Assembly: GCA_013265495.1 (NCBI GenBank)
Contig: MU057640.1
Coordinates: 186,001 to 250,000, forward strand
DNA: 64,000 nucleotides
Direction: 5' to 3'
From: Vicugna vicugna
Taxonomy: Eukaryota
Position 1 is the stretch's first letter, and every line of letters begins with the position of its first letter. A program made the position numbers and the translations under genes. The notes beneath the pieces were generated by a model that had not been told where the DNA came from, did no database searches, and saw only the letters and a list, made by a program, of their open reading frames with translations. Positions 1-12,419 of the stretch are shown piece after piece.

Positions 1-1477
1 TACTTGGGAAAATGCTACAACCCAAGGAGTCTGGAGCTTTAAAAAAATAGAATGGAGAAGCACGATAAGTTGTCAAGTAATTTCTAACAAAAAGTAAAGT
101 TATTTTGAAGTGGATATACTCATAATATGCTTTAATCTTTCAATTAAGTAGCTCAGAAGGAGCTACTTAACCAACAACTTAAACTTATCTCTTAACCTGA
201 AAAGATCAAAGCAAACCTTGAAGAAAGGAAGAAAAGAAAAGCTCCAAATCAAGAATATTATTTTGTCCTCTTTTTTTCCCTAAATCTCCCACACCAACCT
301 CCCAGGTCCAGCTATTTCAATCGTCCTGCTCCAAAGCTATCAAAATCTCATTGCGATTAGAATCCATGTTAATTTTCTCTTGTGTTTCTGTCTTGATCAC
401 CCAAGGTGATCTGTGATTGTTAATTTCTTTGAAAGAAAATTTTCTTATAAGTTCTCGCTGCTTCTCTTTCTTTAAAACAACCTTATGAAACGTTAGAATT
501 TGGGAAAAGGTCAAAAGAGTAGCTTTACAAGGAAGTTGTTATTCCTTGGACAACTGAATACTCTAAATTAACCATCCAAACACAACAAATTTAATTTCTG
601 GTGCTTTTTTGCAAAAGCTTCCCTTAACATTTTATTATAAAAATTTTCAAACACATGGTGAACCACTGCCCACATACCACCTAAATTTTACCATTCACAC
701 TTCGCTGTACTTGCTGTGTAACATTTCTATCCACCTCTCCATCCATTAGTCCATTTTAATACACATCAAAATAAACTGAAGACACCTGTAATTTCTAAGT
801 ACTTTATGTTTAGCAAAGAATTTAACCTTAGCAAAATATTCTAAAGGGAGCCCTTACTCTATTTCAGCAAATAAACCAATAAGGCTTAAGCAGAAAGGTC
901 TCTTCCCACCTGCATCCCAGTCCACATGATCACAAGTCTCAGCTTTAGAAATATTCCAAGTTATAAAACTGAAAAGTATGTAAAATATTACAAAATAGAA
1001 AAGCTTTAAAGAGTGGGAGATATACACTGGTATTCCATATTAAGCTCCAGACAAAGGGCTAGAGTAAATATTACATACTAGAAATTCTCAGCTTTCTTGA
1101 GAAATGCTTTTTCTTTTTTTATCTTTTTTTGGGGAGGGGGTAAGGGAACATGGGAATGTTTTTTATTTTAAAAAACCAGCATGCTTCTGAATACAAAAGT
1201 AACATATGCTTATAACATTTAGAAAATATAGAAACACTAAAAAAAGAAAACAATTCCCACTGACCAATGAGGACCAAGGTTGATACTAACATTTCCTTTT
1301 CAGACATGTTTTCTGTCTGCATGTATAGAGAACTTTTAAAAAATTAGGATCAAGTAACATAAGATTTTATGTTCTGCTTTTTAAACTTAATATTTTATTA
1401 CATATTCTTATGCCACCAAATTTTTTTAAAATGATTTTTAAATGACTAAATAATAGTCTACTTATATACATGAACCC

Positions 1478-1684
1478 ACAATTCAACCTAATTTGTGGTA
1501 TTTTCCTTTTTTTTCCCGATTGTATTTTATGCTAGATGAATATCCTAGTATGTAAATTTTCTTCAGCATTTTTCTTTCTTACAATTCAACCTAATTTGTG
1601 GTATTTTTCCTTTTTTTTCCCGATTGTATTTTATGCTAGATGAATATCCTAGTATGCAAATTTTCTTCAGCATTTTTCTTTCTT
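1478..1684. repeat. Near-perfect tandem duplication, ~103-bp unit x2
   Basis: 1478-1580 and 1581-1684 both begin ACAATTCAACCTAATTTGTGG and end CAGCATTTTTCTTTCTT; they differ by one T indel and one T/C substitution. Confidence 0.95.
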
Positions 1685-4593
1685 TGGGATAAATCATGAA
1701 AGCAAAAATTACAGAATCGAAGTGTATAGATGTCTTCTAATTACTGACTACTGATATATATTAGCTTAGTCACTTCACAAAAAAGGTCTGATTAATCTTT
1801 AGTAAGTTAAATGTTAATTTGTTTTTTTAACATATATATATATTTTTTTTTTTGACTAGTGAGGAAATACACATACACATCTCTCCTTATCTCCTTCCTC
1901 CTTCTCTCTCTCCTCTCTCTCCTCCTGACCATCTATATTTCCTTCATAATTTCTCTGCTTGGGTTTTTTAAATTTCTTATTAGTTTTAATTTCTAATTAG
2001 CTTTAATTTCTTAATTGTTTAGTTCTCTTCATATTGTAAAAATATTAGCCCTCTGCCTAAAATAATGGTTGTAAAGGTTTTCTTATTTAGGTTAATCATT
2101 GATGTTATACTTGTCTGAATTATTACCTAATTCAAAGCTTCTGATGATAACGAAATAACACCTCCCCTTTTTCTGGAACATCAGGTGGTAAAAAACAGGC
2201 CTTTCTCATCTTACAAAAATCTCTAGCCCAGCTTTCCTGCACTAAAGACTCTGAAAGAAGAGAGCCTCTTTCATAAAGGACATCAAGAATCTCCTCTAAA
2301 TCCCAAATTTCCAAGTCAGAAATCATGTGTTTTAGTAAGTTACATAGTTTCATCTATAACAAACGGCAACTAATAACTAACTGCCTTTTCCATTTCTTCC
2401 TTTTTAAGGTTTGGCTGGTCTTTTAGCTTCTTGTGCTTCTCACAAATATTGCACAACCAACCAATGACATAACAAATCCTCAGGGCTTATTGCCAAACAG
2501 GTCCTGGCAAGTTTCTGAATTTCTGACTCAAAGCTTCTTTTATTTTTTATACTAGGAGTCAAAGTAAACATGTTTCTATAGAATTGGCTGTGCTTGCTAA
2601 GACTTGAACATTACAAAGCAAAACAAAACAACACAAATGAATGGGTGAATGTGGAAATCCAGCTGAATATAAACCTTTTAGACTGATATGAAACCTTTTA
2701 AACTAATATAAAGCATTAACTAAATGATGCAAAAAAGTGACCAAATACATCAAGAAAGGTTCCAGGTAACATGGAGTAAAAATATATTCCACCCTGTCTC
2801 TCTCACCAAATGCAACTATAAAATCTGGATAGAATGCATACAGCTACTACAGGCTGGGGAATGAGAAGTACTGGGAAGCCAGCAATGAGTTTACCACTTT
2901 TTCCCTCCAGTATTACCTTCCTCTGCCAAACTTAACACAACCCAGGTGGGCATCAGCAAGACAATGAGAGCTCCAGGAGAAACTCTCTAAGTTCTGGCTA
3001 GAGAAGCAGAAAAGAGGTCTCCCAACACCAAAAAAGAATGCAAAATCTCAGCTGACTCCCAATAACAGGAGAAGAACAAAAAGTAGCACATAATCCAGAT
3101 ACAAGTCACAAGAGAGTCCAATAAAGCAGAGAAATGGAACTGGCAAGTAAACATTTATATGCAGACAAAATACATATGGTGAAAAAAAGATGAAGTAATT
3201 AAGACATAAGCATATTTAAACAGGGGAAGGAGAATGTTTCCCAGCAAAGGTTTACATCATTTGTTCTTTGAATTTCTGAGTGTTGATGACTACCTGTCAC
3301 CATCATATACATCTTTCCTCTTCAGTCTCCACAAGCTGAGGTCAAATGCAACTGGGCATCACTTAGGTTAATACTTCCACCCACTCAACAAACAAGGTTA
3401 AATTTCGTACAATTTCAGAGTTTGTTAACACTGAAAAGGTATTTGATCTTACTAGTAATCAAACACAAATTAAAATTAAGACATTTTGTTTTGCCTATAA
3501 AGGTTAGCACAGATTTTTTTTTAAAACTCAGTGCTGGTGAAGACGGGGAAAGACAGACTCATTCACTACTAGCGTTAAGTACAAACTGATACTATCATTT
3601 TGAAAAGGAAATTTTGCATACCAAGACCGTCAAAAATACGTAGGTAATTTGCTCCAGAAATTGTGTGCCTAGGATTTTACCCTAAGGAAATAATCTGAAA
3701 AACAAAAAGCTCTATGCATAAAGACATTCATTGTTTTTTAGAATAGTGAGAAACTGGAAACAACTTAAATGTCCAACATCAGGGAAGTTAGCCGAAGTAA
3801 ATTACAATAGACTCACTGAATCAAATATTATGTAGCCATTAGATATTTTCTAAGAATTTATAATATGGAAAAATGCTTACATCAAAGTAAAAGTCAAAAA
3901 AAGGACACATACTGACTATACATTTTATTTTAATCCTGCTGAAGAATATATAGAAATCAATACTAAAAAGAGAGAAGAACTTAAGTGTTTGAAAGGTTAA
4001 TATTTACTTCTTTTATTTGAGAATGAGCCTAAAGGTTTATGACTTGTAACAATTTATCATTTTTTCTGTCATAAATCTGAAACACGTGCCAGGTGGCCGA
4101 AATCCCGAAGTGAGTCATTCAGCTAGAGAGTGAGCTAAGGGCGCAGGGGCTGGGAGGGCAAGGCCTGTGACTTTCTTGCATAACCTCCTCTGCTTTTATT
4201 CCTCAAGCAAAGAATTAGTTCTCCTGCAGGAGAGATAGTGAGGGAATGGCTGGCTACCAATTCAGAAGCAGCAATACAGCCAGTTGCTAATGAGTTTAAC
4301 CACAGAATCTGCAGGTGGCTTTACTGTTCTATACTTAAGTTGAAAATCTGAATTTTTTTTAAATTATGCATTTTATGGGGACACTTATATCCGACAGTGC
4401 TATCTGTCAATGAGGGAATTCACAAAGGTCTTAGGATATATCCTGGAATGTCCTAAGTATACTGCAAGTCAAAACATTATAAACACTTAGATTGTGGTAT
4501 TATATGAAAACATCTGTCTTCCATTTATGCCTTTTTGTATTTTTTAAATGTTCCACAAATAAGGGGGAAAAACTAAAAATAAACTTAGTTCTA

Positions 4594-4869
<276 letters not shown>

Positions 4870-5668
4870 TTAATGGAGATCCCAAACCACACCCTCCTCC
4901 AACACCAGGTTTGTTTCCCTGATTCAACTCATATAAGTCACTTTTTTCATCTCATCAATCTAGCCAAGAATTTTTAACCTAAGAAAAATAGCTATACGCT
5001 AAAATAAAAGGAGATATCCAAAGTTTGGAGACCTATGTGAGCCAGACACTGGCTCCATCTAGTGGATACTTTATATTGGGATAATTACTCCATCAAATGT
5101 TCTTTCTCCACAGCTTATTAGAGATTTGTTAAAGAGCTGGATTCTGTCACATAAACTACGTAGGTGACAAAGGGTTGTCAGAAGGTAAAATGGCTTATCA
5201 TTATCTTTCATCTGTAGGGTGATTGCAACTGGAGTTGCCTTGAGAAAATGTCACATGTCCATCTTCCCCTCACTGCTCATTCACATAAAAGCTTTAATTC
5301 CATGTGCCAATGTTCCCAGTAAAAGACTTTATTTCTGCCTTCACTAAGGTTATGTGTGGTCATGAGATTAACTGATGGCCAATGGAACTTCCAAGAAAGG
5401 AGTAGTTCTGCTGAGAGAAACATCTTATGTCCTCTTCTCCCCTACTCTTCCATTCCCTGCTGTCTGAATGAAGGCTGGGCCTCTGGTGTCAACAATGGAC
5501 CCCAAAATAACCAAGAGGAAAGAAGATTAAAAAAAAAAGCAAAGGAGCTTGAGTCCTTGATGAATGAGAAACCACTATGCCAGCCTGAACTACCACTACC
5601 TCTACACTACTCTGTGGAAGAGAGAAAATCCGTGCATCATTTAAACCACTTGTTTTGATTTTCTGTGA

Positions 5669-5889
5669 TGGGCTCAGCAAACATTCTGTAAAGGACTAGA
5701 GAGTAAATATTTTAAGCTTTGTGTGTCATATATAATCTCTGTTGCAACCACTCGACTCCGCCATCGTTGTATGAGAGCAGCTGTAGACCATATATAAAAG
5801 AGTGGACATGGCAGTGCTCCAATAAAACATTCTTTACCAAAAGAGATGGCAGGCAGATTTGGCCTGTGGGCTATAGCCTGCTAACCCTG
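5669..5889. mobile_element. hAT-Charlie MITE, MER58A-like
   Basis: Recognisable segments GGC..CAGCAAACATTCTGTAAAGG...AGTAAATATTTTAAGCTTTG...CCAATAAAAC...GATTTGGCCTGTGGGCTATAG..TGCTAACCCTG; family assignment from recall. Confidence 0.7.
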
Positions 5890-6868
5890 TTCTATAATCT
5901 GCAGCCAAACACAGACAACACTTCCCAATCTCTTTTCCTTATTGTCTCCAACCCCTGCCCTTCACTCAAGCCTTAGACTTTCTCTCAAAAGCTTAAAGCT
6001 TGGCTTTCAGAACCCACAGTTTTTCAGACACCTGCCAATTTTAAATTACAAAATTCATTAAAAATTTTGAGCCCCACAAGAGTCCTAGAAATACAACTAG
6101 GTGACACCTGAATCAAAGCATTTTTCTTAGAGATGAGAAGCATCAGACAATCCACCAGACACCAGAAGCATCAGAGAATCCACACAACTTTGTGAGCACT
6201 TTGTGCCAGTTTGCATTACTTCTTCATCCTTTCATTTAACAACTTTCTTTTTTTTTCTGAGCATTTATTATATACCTCACCCTGGAAACACAGTGCCCTC
6301 ATAGGCCTTATGGTATAGAAGGAAACCAAGCATTAAATAATGAAAATAAATATATACTTGCATATTGTGACAAGTCAAAAAAGAATAGGTTGCTATGAGA
6401 AAGAATACTAGGAAGGACCTAATGCTGTTAGGAGGATCAGGGAAGTTATCTTTCAGGACTTAACATGACTAACATTTAAGCCAAGATAAGAAGGGTGATA
6501 TGAATGAATCCACCAATGTTAGAAACAGAAAAGAACATTCCAGGGAGAAGAACAATGGGCCCATGGGCCTGAGGTGGTAAAGATCACTACTCAACTCCTT
6601 ACCTGCTCAATTCCACATCAATGTAGCTCTATTTAGGGACACCATATAGGAATATAATTCTGCAGCTTTCATTCTCTACTTAAAGTATCGACTGCTTCCG
6701 GCCATCAGAGAGAATGGACTCTCTAGTGTTCATGTCCCTTCAATGCAGAGGCCTGACACTATGAAGGACTTCTACACTGGCCTTGGGAATAATAAAGTAA
6801 AATACTCATACATACATACATAACTCACACATACACACAAAATAATAAAGTAAAACACTCATACATAC

Positions 6869-7122
6869 AGCTGCCCGTCCTTCCGGGTATAAAAGCTGAC
6901 TGATTTGATAGTAGCCACAACCACCACCATACAGAGAGTCACAGGGACAAAGAGCATGATCACGTGTTTGGCGCCATATTTCAGGGTCAGCTCCTCATCT
7001 TCCTCTTCGTCTTGTTCCACCACCTGCTGGGAGTTCCCCTGGGCTCGGCCATTGGATAACGACTCGGAGTTGCCGCGCCTCCGCCTCTCGCTGCCGTGCT
7101 CGTGCCGCTCTCTACCGTCACT
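6869..7122 (-). CDS. PSEN1: Presenilin-1 coding exon (human exon 4 equivalent, 254 nt; N-terminal tail and TM1)
   Basis: ttcag|AGT GAC GGT...GGG CAG CT|gtatgt; translates [85 protein letters not shown]. Confidence 0.98.
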
Positions 7123-8479
7123 CTGAAAGCACAGGAGAAACTTTTCCAGTAAGTTAGACTCTCAGCAGAATCAAGGTATTCTCTACCAAAGACAGAAAAT
7201 GTAACGATTAGACTTGAGATTAACAACAGGCACGTCATCACGTGAGTTCTAGAAACTTGGCAAGAAGGAATCCATTTACGAGAAGTGTTTAGTTTCTTCA
7301 GTTTAAAAGTTTAGATTATTTACCACTGTCCACTGAAGGAGCCCTTTCACTTGGCTCACCTCATTCTCTCCTTCCATTCTCATCCCAATACAGTTGTACT
7401 CATCCTCTGAGGTGTGACTTAAAAACGACACCTGCAATGAAGCCTTCTTTACTGGCTGCAGCTGCAAGTAGAGTACTCTCGCCTTTTTCAAAATCATCAG
7501 GTGCTTTCTACCTGCGGTTTCATATCAACTTTACAAGGAACTATCTCACCTTCATTATTAGTAAAACTTAAAAATCCTTGTAGTGATGTGCAAGGGATCG
7601 CTCTGTATTATTTCTTACTATTGCATGTAAATCTACAATTATCCCCAAAAATATTCAACTAAAAAAATCTTATGAGAGAGAAACTAGGCCTTAACAATTC
7701 TGATGCCCTCCCACCCTCACCCCACTCCATTCTCACCTCGCCCTGTATAGAGGAAGGGAACAATAAACACATGATGAATGATGGAATGAAATTAGAAACA
7801 CGTTTAGGTTCTACTTTTCTCTTACTCCAAACACCACTTTGTTACCTTCATCCTTATCCTGGGTTTATCCTTTCATATTCTTCAAGTTCAACCTCCTTTT
7901 TGGTATTACTGTTCGTATCTAAAATTCTAAATTTTTGAAAAGGGTAGAATGAAACCCAAGAGCACTAACAACAATAATAAAAATAATAGATAACAGGAGA
8001 AAAATAACAAGCACTAGGTCTCCTCACAGAGATGTAAATAAAACAGGAGATGAAGACTGACAGTCACTGCTGCTGCTAAGATGTAATCAGCTTGGTTAAG
8101 AAAGGGTTCTTTCAGGAAGATCACGTGAGAACATGCCACTCTTGTACCTCACTGTGACTACAGAGTTCAAGCCTAGCTAATAGTAATAAGTTACTATTAT
8201 TCATTAAAAAACACTACACACTTAATAACAGCTTAAAATTATTACAAGATACCAGGGATTGTTGCATGTGCTTTACCTTCAATGCTCACAGCCACCCTAT
8301 CACCACAACTGGACAGGCAAGGAAACAGCCAGAGCTGGTAAGTAATACAGAGAGGGTGTGAACCCAGGTGTGTGTGACTGCATAAATTGAGTTTTTAACC
8401 ACCTCTCAATGTGTCATTCACCAGCCAACATGGGAGCCCTGCAGACTCAGTGTGGGCTTTCTCATTCACTTTACTTTCA

Positions 8480-9900
8480 ATATATTAATTCCTCAAATAG
8501 TTATCAGAATTCTATGTTCCAGGTACTCTGCTGTGGCAATACTAAAATCAATAAGATCTAGATGCCGTCCTCAAGGAGCTTACAAGATAGTTTTAATACA
8601 GGAGGACTATTCTGTTAGAGGTATGAATAAAGTGCTACACGACTGATTGATTAATTTCATGTGGCCAAGAAAAGCAACATAAGAGATACGATTCTTGAGC
8701 AGAACTTTCAGGGGTGGAGGCGAATGAGCTCCAGACAGAGACAACAAGAATGGCAGCATCGAGGTGTGAAAATGAAGAGCCAGGTTGATGCAGAAAATCA
8801 ATGCGTACTCCTGAGCTGGCTGGAGAACTGGGTGGTCAGGGCTGGTGGCAGTAAAAAAGGTTAGGAACAGGTTGTGAAGAACCTTGTTTGCCATGTCAGG
8901 GACTTCAGACTTTGTCCTGAAGGCAACAGAAAGTCATAAAAATTGTTAAGGTTGAGGAAGTGACACATCAGGTTATGTTTCATTTTTAAGAAACTTGACT
9001 GCTGGCAGATGGAAAATAGGAGACATGAGAAAAATATTTCAAAAGCGGAATTATAGGGCTTTGTGGCAAATTACATGTGAATGGTCAGGAAGGAGTCATG
9101 GGTGATCTGGAGTTTTTTGGCATAAGGGACTAGAAAGGTGGTGATGGCACTGACAGACATAGGGAACACAAGATGAGCAGCCTGGAGGAGAGGAGGGAGA
9201 TTTTAGTTAGGGAGGTGGTAAATTTGAAGTACTGCAACCAGGCAGTCAAATCCAAAGGCAATTAATAAGAATGTCAAGCTAAGAAGAGAGCTGGGGGGAG
9301 TCATTAGTTTCTATAGCTATGGAAATGGATGAAATCTCAGGGAGAGAGTATAGATGGACATGTTGGGCATTAATGTAACATAACAGCTGTAGAAGGAAAA
9401 TACAGAGTGAGATGGCGATCAAGGAGAGAAGTGTGAAAATCCCTAAGTGTAAGCAGCAGGCAACAGGAGAAAAACCAGCAAGAAAGAGAACAGGGAAGAG
9501 GGAAGAAAACCCAGGAATCAATATATCACAGAAGCTAAAGGAGGAGCACATTTCAAAGAAGTGTCATCAGCAGGCAGGGTGAGAGCCACAAAGCCACTGA
9601 GTTTGCAGTGGGATGTTCACCAACATCTTTATAAAAGTAAAACAGTTCAGAGGGAAGTCATATCATAAATCATAATGGACTAGGGGATGAATGAAAACTG
9701 AGAAATTAAAGGCAGTCATTCTTTGAAGGAAAAAAAATGTGACAACAGAAGGAATTCAAATTTGAAAGTTATTTTAGGGATGTTAAGAGACTTGAGCATA
9801 CTTGTCAAATCAAAGTACAGAGTCAGGAGTACAGGAAGAGATTGATGATATAAGACAGATGATAACTAATGAAACAGGGTAGGGGGTAAATGGAGGGGAA
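8480..9900 (+). mobile_element. Degraded L2 LINE fragments
   Basis: L2-typical purine-rich segments (CCTCAAGGAGCTTACA, GAAGAACCTTGTTTGCCATG..GGACTTCAGACTTTGTCCTGAAGGCAAC, GGAGAGTCATTAG...GGATGAAATCTCAGGGAGAG); boundaries approximate. Confidence 0.55.
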
Positions 9901-11859
9901 CAAAAGAAGGGAGAAAAGCTGGCCTTACAAAGGCACTGGTGCCTTCCGCCTCAGCCTGGAGGCCAGGAAGTAACTGACCTTATGAAACAAACATCATGAA
10001 GATTCAAACCCTATGAGGAACAGAAAGGAGACTATTGCAAAAGATAGAAATATATACCCTAATCACCAAGAAAGAACTTCTGCTGAACATAAGTCACTGA
10101 AGTTCAGTAGGAAGGAAATTGTTAGGAGGAAGGTTTGATCTGGAGAACAGGGGCACAGTGTGACTAGCAGCTGAGGGGCAGGAGAGCTGAAGTAATTCAC
10201 ACTTCTGTTTTCTCAGGAGGTGACTACTACTATGCTAATATTCAGCAATATAATTATGACCAACTGATGAGCTGATTAATGCTCAATATAAATTAAAATA
10301 CAAGTAATAACAGCTCTCTTGTTATAGTATTTACAAAGCATTTATATAATTTATATAAAGTGCTTATATAATTTATAAAGCACTCTCACATCATCTCATT
10401 TGTTCTTTTCATATGGTGGAAGGTTCTAGTAGATGAACATCAAAGCAAATGATCCAAAAATCTCACAGCCAGAAAATAGCAGAGGCAGGAATCAAACTCA
10501 AGTCTCTTGCTTCAAAACCTGTGTTCTATTTTATGGCACCACAGCTGTCCTACCAGACTACATGAGCAGCCTAACTGGGTGAATCTAGCATGAAAGAGGC
10601 AATCATTATATGCTCACTCATGGTACTCAACTGGATATTCTGGTTTATAATGAACATTAGCCAACCCCACCCTGCCCTGCCCCCTAAGCTGATATGGAAT
10701 ACTAGAGCTTTGTTTAATACCCACACACACACCCTTCCTCTTTACAGTAGTCCTTTGTAACTATTTTTAAGACTAGTTATATTATTAATGTCTTAAAACA
10801 ATACAGTTTATTTACTTAAACAGGTAAAACATGCACATGGTTCAAAAGTCAAGGAGTATAAAAATGTATATAGTAAAAAAAAAAAACAAAAAACTCCCAC
10901 TATGGCAAATGTTTTCAGATTCCTTATGTATATACAAGCAAATACAAATACATATTCTCATCCCCTTGTCCACACAAATGGTAGCACAATAAATGCACTG
11001 TCCTATGTTTTGCTTTCTTTTTTAAACTATGTATCTTAGAGAGTTTTTTTTTACACATCAGTAAAGAATATCCTTATTCTCTAAAAAAATTAAAAAAAAT
11101 TTTTTTAACCAGCTACATAGCCAGTACATGAATGTATTATTATGTATTAGGTCAATCCCCCAGTGATGAACATTTAACTTTTTGCTGTTTCAAACACTTT
11201 TGTAAAGGATGCCCCTGTAAGTTATTTCATATGTATGGGGGTGTATTTGTAGGATAAATTCCCTGAAGTAAAACTGCTGGGTCAAAGTATATATGCACTT
11301 GAAATGCTGATTTATACTGCCAAATAGCCCTCCTTATGAGCTGTACCAGTTTAAAGACTTAGCAATGCAGGAGAGTGACTATTTCAACAAGCCCTTGTCA
11401 ACACAGTATGAAACATGTGAAATGCTTGGATTTTTATCAGTCTTATACGTAGTAAAATATGGGATTTGTGTAATCTTAACTTCTATTTCTCCTATTATTA
11501 GGAAAGATCAGCATTTTTTCAATGAACTAAGTATTCCTATCCTTTGCCATTTTTCTATTTGGCTTATGGTATTTTGTTTGAGTTACACCTATTAACTAAA
11601 AAACAGTGAATGCCAGCTATGTACAGGGATATAGCAGTCAACAAGACCTCTCTCATGAACTGATTTCAAGCAGGGGAAGACAGAATAAACATGATAATTA
11701 CAGGCTGGGACAGTACTATATAATACAGTGGTGTGATAAACACATGGTTACAGACAGTGTAACCAGAGAATATCTTTCTGAGGAAGTGACATTTGAGCTG
11801 AGACCTGAAGAATAAAAGGATGCGAAAGGGCTTTTGTACTCTAAAGGACTAACTCAGCA

Positions 11860-12402
11860 GGTCAGGGTGTCCAAATCCTGTACATGCCAAAGACAGATAT
11901 GACCCGGTTCCTGGAAAACCACCTCTAAGCCCTTGGAATATCCTGCCTGTTAAGAGTGCTTCTGTTTATATGAGGCCTTGGGCTATATTGCTAACAGTAT
12001 GATCCACAGTGGGTATCTTGGGCCACATGGTATCTCCTTGACCTTGGGAGGGGCTAGAGGACTACGGTCAGCCATGTCTACATGACCAGCTCCAGGAAAA
12101 TTCCAGGACACCATGGCTCAAGTATGCTTCCCTGGGAGGCAATACTGCATGCATGTGGTCACACACTGTTCCTGGGAGAATTAAGCACTGTTCACACCAC
12201 TCCCCCTGGAAGAGGACAACTGGAAACTTGGGCCTGATGTCTCCTGGATCTGTGACCTTGATAAATGCGCTTTTTTCTGTTGCTAACTTTAATCTGTAAC
12301 CTCTCACTGTAATAAACTGTAACAGTGAGTAAAACAGCTTTTCTGAGATCTGTGAGTCCTTCTAGCTACTCACTGACCCTGAGCATCGTCTTGTGGAACT
12401 GC
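11860..12402 (+). mobile_element. Solo LTR, MER21-like (ERVL-class)
   Basis: CCTCTAAGCCCTTGGAATATCCTGCCTG..AAGAGTG, GCTTCCCTGG..GGCAATACT, AATAAACTGTAAC.GTGAGTA..ACAGCTTTTCTGAG.TCTGTGAGTCCTTCTAGC are characteristic of MER21 LTRs (recall). Confidence 0.7.
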
Positions 12403-12419
12403 AAATACATGAGTACACT

